A stretch of 64,000 nt of DNA. It comes from Methanoregula sp. (GTDB lineage Archaea; Halobacteriota; Methanomicrobia; Methanomicrobiales; Methanospirillaceae). Shown here in pieces: positions 58,422 to 64,000 of the stretch; within the stretch, counting starts at the first letter, position 1, and every line of letters starts with the position of its first letter. Both the position numbers and the translations under genes were made by a program. The DNA is taken from positions 31,606-95,605 of the forward strand of contig JBDKTL010000043.1 of assembly GCA_039698055.1 (NCBI GenBank). The letters are read 5' to 3'. The notes under the pieces are model-generated. The model was not told where the DNA came from and did not search any database. It was given only the letters and a program-made list of their open reading frames with translations.

Positions 58422-58799
58422 TTATTCGAGTAACACCGCGTTGATGACGCCATCCTGGCCCGGGCGGCTCATGATGCGGGCACGGCCGATCTCGGTCCGG
58501 ATGATTGCGCCCTTGGTGAGGAGGTTTCGCCGGACATAGTTCGGGTTCGCCCCATTTTCCTCGACCGTCTCAATTTTTACCTTTTTAGTTTCCCCATTTG
58601 CAAGGTTGGTCACGTTTGCAAGGGCTGCACGCATGGACCGGACTTTGGTGTTCCCGCCGACGGTGCGGACAATCTTCTTGCGGTCGATGCCGATATGGGT
58701 GTCTGCGGGTGCAAGCCCGATCTCTGCTCTCCGCTTTCCCTGGGCTGGCCTGCGCCTGCCGCCGGTTACCTTTCGTACTGATTCTCCCTGCCAGAGCAT
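58422..58799 (-). CDS. rps8e: 30S ribosomal protein S8e
   Basis: WQGESVRKVTGGR, NPNYVRRNLLTKGAII, SRPGQDGVINAVL. Confidence 0.97.
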   Translation of the reverse strand: MLWQGESVRKVTGGRRRPAQGKRRAEIGLAPADTHIGIDRKKIVRTVGGNTKVRSMRAALANVTNLANGETKKVKIETVEENGANPNYVRRNLLTKGAIIRTEIGRARIMSRPGQDGVINAVLLE

Positions 58800-59021
58800 G
58801 GTGTCACTAACTCCATATGATATATTCCGGGAATCCTTCCCAGAGATGGTGCTCTATATATTCCTTTCAGAATTATTTATACTATTTCCTCAAGAATGTT
58901 GGTTTTACCCTCTCTTTTTTTTTGGTTCGCGAGAAGCATAAAACGCCCGGAAGGTACAACCTCGCGCCCATGTGCAACCCTGTTGTCCTCCGCTCCCATG
59001 ACCCAATTAAAAAAAATTCTT

Positions 59022-59669
59022 TTAAGACAGGATTTCATCGAGAAGCGGTCCTACCCCTTCCCCGGTCTTCATGTTGGTCTTAAAGACCGGCATCGTCGGG
59101 TTATAGCGGTGGATATCCGATTCCATCCGATCGATGTTGGCCCCGACAAGCGGCGCGAGGTCCACCTTGTTGATCACGGCAATGGTGCAGTCGCGGAACA
59201 TCATGGGATGTTTGTTCACGACATCATCGCCTTCGGTCGAACTCACCACAACGATACGCTTTTCGGCGCCAAGCCTGAAATCAGTGGGGCAGACCATGTT
59301 TCCCACATTCTCGATAAAGAGCACATCGATTTTTTCCAGCGGGAGATGTTCGATCGCATGCTCCACGAGATGGGCATCGAGGTGGCATTCCTTGCCGGTA
59401 TTTGCATTGTATGCAGGAATCCCAAGTGAGATAATCCGTTTGAAATCGTCATCGCCATACACATCGCCGGCAATTGCACCCGCATGAATCCCTCTTTTTT
59501 CCAGGAGCGGAACAATTCGTTCGATCAGCGCCGTTTTTCCCGATCCAATCGCACCGAGAAGGTCAAACGCCCGGATGCCGTGGCCCTTTAGATGGCGGGC
59601 GTTATCGTCAGCAATCGTGTTGTTGGCGTCGTAGACATCCTTCTCAATCCTGACGTCGATATGATGCAT
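59022..59669 (-). CDS. hypB: Hydrogenase nickel incorporation GTPase HypB
   Basis: GAIGSGKT, ECHLDAH, ENVGNMVCP, TEGDD, NKVD. Start re-set to MHHIDV. Confidence 0.95.
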   Translation of the reverse strand: MHHIDVRIEKDVYDANNTIADDNARHLKGHGIRAFDLLGAIGSGKTALIERIVPLLEKRGIHAGAIAGDVYGDDDFKRIISLGIPAYNANTGKECHLDAHLVEHAIEHLPLEKIDVLFIENVGNMVCPTDFRLGAEKRIVVVSSTEGDDVVNKHPMMFRDCTIAVINKVDLAPLVGANIDRMESDIHRYNPTMPVFKTNMKTGEGVGPLLDEILS

Positions 59670-59723
59670 GCAGTACCGTGGGAGCGGACACTGTTTATAC
59701 CTTGACCCCCAAATTCTGATGCA

Positions 59724-59999
59724 ATGGTAGAAGGCGAATGCATCCTGTATCCCTGCTACTTCAATGCGTCCCTCACCCGCGCTGAAGGGCGGAGGGTTTC
59801 GCGGGCGCTGGGAGCAAAAGGACCGGTACTTGGCGATATCGAGCGGGCGCTGAGCCGTTCGAACATCGCGTTCCGGGTTGAGGAACATCATCACCCGGCA
59901 CACTGGATGCGGCATGAAGGCCGGGTTATTGTCGAGTGGAGCGACAAAAAGGAACTGCTGATAAAAAAAGTTGCCCAGAAACTGGTGGTGAAGCGATGA
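59724..59999 (+). CDS. srp19: Signal recognition particle protein SRP19
   Basis: ILYPCYFNASLTRAEGRRV..HPAHW..GRVIV. Confidence 0.92.
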   Translation: MVEGECILYPCYFNASLTRAEGRRVSRALGAKGPVLGDIERALSRSNIAFRVEEHHHPAHWMRHEGRVIVEWSDKKELLIKKVAQKLVVKR

Positions 60000-60649
60000 A
60001 CGGCATGTACGATCTGCACACGCACACGATCCTGTCCGATGGCGAGATGCTCCCCATCGAGCTTATTCGCCGCATGGCGGTGATGGGATATTCAACGGTC
60101 GCGATTACCGATCACGTGGACACCTCCAATACCACGTCCGTAGTGGAAACCCTTCTTCAGGTGCGGGAATCCGCACGCATATACGGCGTGACCCTGCTGT
60201 GCGGTGTGGAGATCACCCATGTCCCACCGGCACAGATCGCCGGTCTTGCAAAAACGGCAAAGGACGCGGGAGCAGACATCGTTGTTGTCCATGGTGAGAC
60301 AACGGTCGAACCGGTTGCGGAAGGAACCAACCACGAAGCCTGTACCTGTAAATATGTGGATGTGCTTGCCCACCCGGGGCTTCTCACGATTGATGACGCC
60401 CGGCTCGCGGCAAAAAACAATATCGCCCTTGAACTCACCTCGCGGGGAGGGCACAACCGGACGAACGGGCATGTTGCCCACATCGCCAGGGAAGCATCGT
60501 GCCAGCTGGTGGTAGATTCGGATGCTCATGCCCCGCACGATCTGCTCGATAAGCGCGCGAAATTTGTGATAGCAATAGGAGCCGGGTTGACAGAAAGTGA
60601 AGCGAACGCCGTAATATCTTTAAATATCGACCGGTTTCTCACTTCCTAA
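59996..60649 (+). CDS. PHP-domain phosphatase (histidinol-phosphatase-like)
   Basis: DLHTHT..SDG, ITDH, GVEITH, VHGET, LAHPG, DSDAH. Confidence 0.9.
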   Translation: MNGMYDLHTHTILSDGEMLPIELIRRMAVMGYSTVAITDHVDTSNTTSVVETLLQVRESARIYGVTLLCGVEITHVPPAQIAGLAKTAKDAGADIVVVHGETTVEPVAEGTNHEACTCKYVDVLAHPGLLTIDDARLAAKNNIALELTSRGGHNRTNGHVAHIAREASCQLVVDSDAHAPHDLLDKRAKFVIAIGAGLTESEANAVISLNIDRFLTS

Positions 60650-60748
60650 TTTTCTATATATACTTTCACGCAATGCTTAAATACCACTCTGTCACACATA
60701 TATAGATTACTAAATTTATTTAGTACCATTATAGTCATGGGTTGTTGT

Positions 60749-60973
60749 ATGAAGGTTGTTGGTCGAGCGATGAGCACCTATGGCAGTCGGATGCTCATTA
60801 TCCAGTGTGATGCAGCCCAGCTCCCGGGATTATACAGCGAAGTTACTGACCGTCATATGAAGCCGGTTGGAAAGATCACGGACCTGTTCGGGAACGTCAA
60901 GTCGCCGTATGCTCTTGTGCTCTGCAAAGGTCCGTGCACGGTCTTACCCAGCGAGAAACTCTTCGCAAGATAG
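60749..60973 (+). CDS. gar1: H/ACA RNP protein Gar1
   Basis: VGKITDLFGNVKSPY; located directly upstream of tfb, a common archaeal arrangement. Confidence 0.85.
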   Translation: MKVVGRAMSTYGSRMLIIQCDAAQLPGLYSEVTDRHMKPVGKITDLFGNVKSPYALVLCKGPCTVLPSEKLFAR

Positions 60974-61042
60974 AGCACAAAAATCCCCTGATTTGGGAAC
61001 AGGAGAAAACAATTAAAAAATTTATTAATCTGGTGAATGTGG

Positions 61043-62047
61043 ATGCAGGAAGTTGAAAGATTAAAAGTCCTCCAGAATGAGAGGGAAGCGCTCAAGTCAC
61101 GTACAAAAGTTAAAGAGGTCGAGAAGAAAGCCGAGAACCACACGGAAACCGTCTGTCCGGAATGTGGGGGAAGGCAGCTCGTCCATGATTATGAGCGTGC
61201 AGAGCTGGTCTGCCAGAGCTGCGGTCTTGTTATTGATGACGATTTCATCGACCGGGGTCCGGAGTGGCGTGCATTTGATCACGACCAGCGGATGAAGCGG
61301 TCCCGTGTCGGTGCCCCGATGACCTTTACGATCCACGACAAGGGTCTGTCCACGATGATTGACTGGCGCAACCGGGACTCCTATGGCAGGGCAATTTCTT
61401 CAAAGAACCGGGCCCAGCTCTATCGTCTCCGCAAGTGGCAGCGGCGTATCCGCGTGAGCAACGCAACAGAACGCAACCTTGCGTTTGCCCTGTCCGAACT
61501 TGACCGGATGGCATCGGCTCTTGGTCTCCCGCGAAACGTCCGTGAGACCGCCGCTGTTGTCTACCGTGACGCTGTCGACAAGAACCTGATCCGGGGAAGG
61601 AGCATCGAAGGTGTCGCCGCCGCCGCACTCTATGCCGCATGCAGGCAGTGCAGCGTGCCCCGGACCCTTGATGAGATTGCAGAAGTGTCCCGTGTTTCAC
61701 GAAAAGAGATTGGCAGGACCTACAGGTTTATCTCCCGTGAACTGGGCCTGAAACTGCTCCCGACATCCCCTATCGATTACGTACCGCGCTTCTGCTCCGG
61801 GCTTACGCTCAAAGGCGAAGTGCAGAGCCGTGCCGTTGAGATCCTGCGACAGGCCGGGGAACGTGAGTTAACCAGCGGCAGGGGCCCGACCGGTGTCGCA
61901 GCAGCCGCGATTTATATCTCCTCTATTCTTGGTGGCGAGCGCCGCACCCAAAGAGAAGTGGCAGAGGTTGCAGGAGTCACCGAAGTCACTATCAGGAACA
62001 GGTATAAGGAACTGGCAGAGAAGCTCGACATCGAGATTATTCTCTAA
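61043..62047 (+). CDS. tfb: Transcription initiation factor IIB (TFB)
   Basis: CPECG..CQSCG zinc ribbon, GPEWRAF, two cyclin repeats, [13 protein letters not shown]. Confidence 0.97.
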   Translation: MQEVERLKVLQNEREALKSRTKVKEVEKKAENHTETVCPECGGRQLVHDYERAELVCQSCGLVIDDDFIDRGPEWRAFDHDQRMKRSRVGAPMTFTIHDKGLSTMIDWRNRDSYGRAISSKNRAQLYRLRKWQRRIRVSNATERNLAFALSELDRMASALGLPRNVRETAAVVYRDAVDKNLIRGRSIEGVAAAALYAACRQCSVPRTLDEIAEVSRVSRKEIGRTYRFISRELGLKLLPTSPIDYVPRFCSGLTLKGEVQSRAVEILRQAGERELTSGRGPTGVAAAAIYISSILGGERRTQREVAEVAGVTEVTIRNRYKELAEKLDIEIIL

Positions 62048-62118
62048 CTTTTTTTTAAATCTTCAGGGACACCAAGAACTATATCCCTGCGGCTCAAAAT
62101 GTACTGAACGCACCAAGC

Positions 62119-62190
62119 GGGCTCGTAGATCAGGGGTAGATCGTTACGTTCGCAACGTAAAGGCCGCGGGTTCAATTCCCGCCGGGTCCA
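62119..62190 (+). tRNA. tRNA-Ala(CGC)
   Basis: GGGCTCG/CGGGTCC acceptor stem with G3:U70, anticodon arm TTACG-TTCGCAA-CGTAA, GGTTCAATTCC. Confidence 0.95.
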
Positions 62191-62313
62191 TCTCGTTTTT
62201 TCTTTTTTTTCACGCCGTATCTGGATCAGGGGGTGATTTTGTACATGATCATTACAGGACCGGGCACACCGGCATCGGTACTCGGATTTGGCGGAATTGA
62301 TAAGAAGAGGGAT

Positions 62314-62496
62314 TTATTTTTTATGCATTTCCTGCACATCGCTCTCAAGCGTATCTTTCAGGCGCTGGATCGCTTCGTCAAGGTTGTCGGTGGTCGTCAC
62401 CATGAACTGGTTATCGCTTTTCACATCATGATAGGTGACGACATAATCGATCTGCCCGTCCTTTCCTTTTTTGGGTTCGATGATGAGTTTTGCCAT
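62314..62496 (-). CDS. Small hypothetical protein
   Basis: 60-aa ORF with protein-like composition, followed by a T-rich terminator-like run. Confidence 0.65.
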   Translation of the reverse strand: MAKLIIEPKKGKDGQIDYVVTYHDVKSDNQFMVTTTDNLDEAIQRLKDTLESDVQEMHKK

Positions 62497-62643
62497 AGGA
62501 GTCCACTCACGTTGTAGGGTACTAAAGGATGGGCGTTCATCCCTTTTGCAGATTTTGGTTGGGGGAAAATGTGCGGGTTATAAAAACGCCCGCAGGCACA
62601 GAAGTTAAAATCTGTTGGAATATCCTATACTTACTGAATGTGA

Positions 62644-63825
62644 ATGGAGAAAACGATGGTCACGGGAAAACAATTTATTACCGGTCTTTTATTTATGGTA
62701 TGTATCGCGCTTGCATGTGCGCTGCCTGTAGCGGCAATCAACGTGGCAGTGTATGGTGACACGGCCGGGTTCGATGCCAGTCTTCACCCGGATACATTTA
62801 CCCTGGTATACTCTCTTCCCGGGACTGCGGGATCCGATCTCGATGCCCGTGTGGCACAGTATACGAATGCATCGACCGATGTCATTTTTATCGGGGGAGA
62901 TGGCGCATTCAGCAGTGGTACCGCATCACAGATTGAAGAGGCGGTATCGTCCGGCAAGATCCTCGTTGTAACAGAGCAAAATTTCCAGAATTTTGCCACC
63001 AGCATTCCCCTGCAGGCGACGGGTACTGTACCGGAGAGTCTGTACCTGAAAGTGGAAAGCCCCAATTCAACTATATCGCAGGATATCTTCGCCGGCTTGG
63101 ATTCACGCTTCCCGAACATGACCCCGGTCAGCAGTCGCGAGAGGTATGCCTCAAAGCCAGCCTCGGTAACGCTTCTCAGGTATGACAACGACGATCCAGC
63201 TCTCATCTATACAAAATACGGGAATGGGTTTATCGTTGCGTGGACACCGTCATCGACCGGTGAGTATCTTACCGGTACCGAGGCCGACACAATCAACGAA
63301 CGCCTGATCACTCACCTGCTGGCATTGAGAACTGCAGCATCGCCGGCCCAGACGACAGTTTCCGCCACGTTTGTCCCGGTAAATGTCACCACAACGACCG
63401 TCGCGATCCCGTCGTCGCCGGTACAACATGCATCCGGATCAGCATCCGTTTATTCCTCGCCGCTTGGCGCTACGGTTTTTATCGACGGGGAGTACAGGGG
63501 AATCACGCCCCTGAACCTGACTGCCATGGCACCTGGTTCCCATGCCATGAAAATGGCCCTGGACGGGTATTATGACTACGACAGTACAATCTACATAATT
63601 TCCGGCGGGACCATCACCGCGTTTGGCACACTTCCGCCACGGGAAGCTACAGCAGTCATCCTCACCGTTGCGCCGACATCGGCAGTCACTGCGGTTGCAA
63701 CCCAGGCTTCAATCTTTGAAAATCCATCAGTTATTGCAGCGGTACTGGGGATTATGACAGCAATTATCGGGGCAGTTGCCACCATTTACACCATCCACCA
63801 TAAGAACAAAGGAGGAGGTAATTAG
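62644..63825 (+). CDS. PEGA-domain surface protein
   Basis: Signal peptide; SSPLGATVFIDGEYRGITPL..PGSH..LDGYYDY (PEGA); C-terminal TM. Confidence 0.85.
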   Translation: MEKTMVTGKQFITGLLFMVCIALACALPVAAINVAVYGDTAGFDASLHPDTFTLVYSLPGTAGSDLDARVAQYTNASTDVIFIGGDGAFSSGTASQIEEAVSSGKILVVTEQNFQNFATSIPLQATGTVPESLYLKVESPNSTISQDIFAGLDSRFPNMTPVSSRERYASKPASVTLLRYDNDDPALIYTKYGNGFIVAWTPSSTGEYLTGTEADTINERLITHLLALRTAASPAQTTVSATFVPVNVTTTTVAIPSSPVQHASGSASVYSSPLGATVFIDGEYRGITPLNLTAMAPGSHAMKMALDGYYDYDSTIYIISGGTITAFGTLPPREATAVILTVAPTSAVTAVATQASIFENPSVIAAVLGIMTAIIGAVATIYTIHHKNKGGGN

Positions 63826-64000
63826 GATCCCGTAGCCGGATCGTCTATCATTTTTTTATCGGAGACGGAACAGAACTGTGGAATCCCGAATTAATTTTAC
63901 ACATATAACCATTTCTTCGCATAATCCAAAATCCTCTCCGGAGGCAATTTGTACCAGAAGACGTTACACGGTTCATCCCAGTTGAGACTCATGTGAGGCT

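Overview
This is an archaeal chromosomal window, most consistent with a Methanomicrobiales methanogen (Methanoregula-like). That call is inferred from gene content (aIF5B, S6e, S8e, SRP19, Gar1, TFB, AglB, MptE, RFAP synthase, HypB) and three tRNA genes (Lys-CTT, His-GTG, Ala-CGC). 1-8.5 kb is a two-component signalling cluster in which two paralogous kinases lack the phospho-acceptor His. 9-15 kb is a surface/secreted protein cluster that includes a serpin. The most notable region is a visibly AT-rich ~7 kb island (21.3-28.3 kb) at the 3' end of tRNA-Lys, bracketed by the two halves of a split, decayed tyrosine integrase. It carries an intact three-gene unit: a nuclease-like/DGQHR/HEPN protein, a B12-binding-like radical SAM enzyme and a Zn-finger/DGQQR protein. 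This is a candidate undescribed DNA-modification/anti-viral system. Next to it are a 32-bp-period palindromic repeat array, an MNT-HEPN toxin-antitoxin pair, and an IS1016-like (IS1595 family) relic enclosing a bacterial-type methyltransferase. All calls come from motif reading by eye; no database searches were run.
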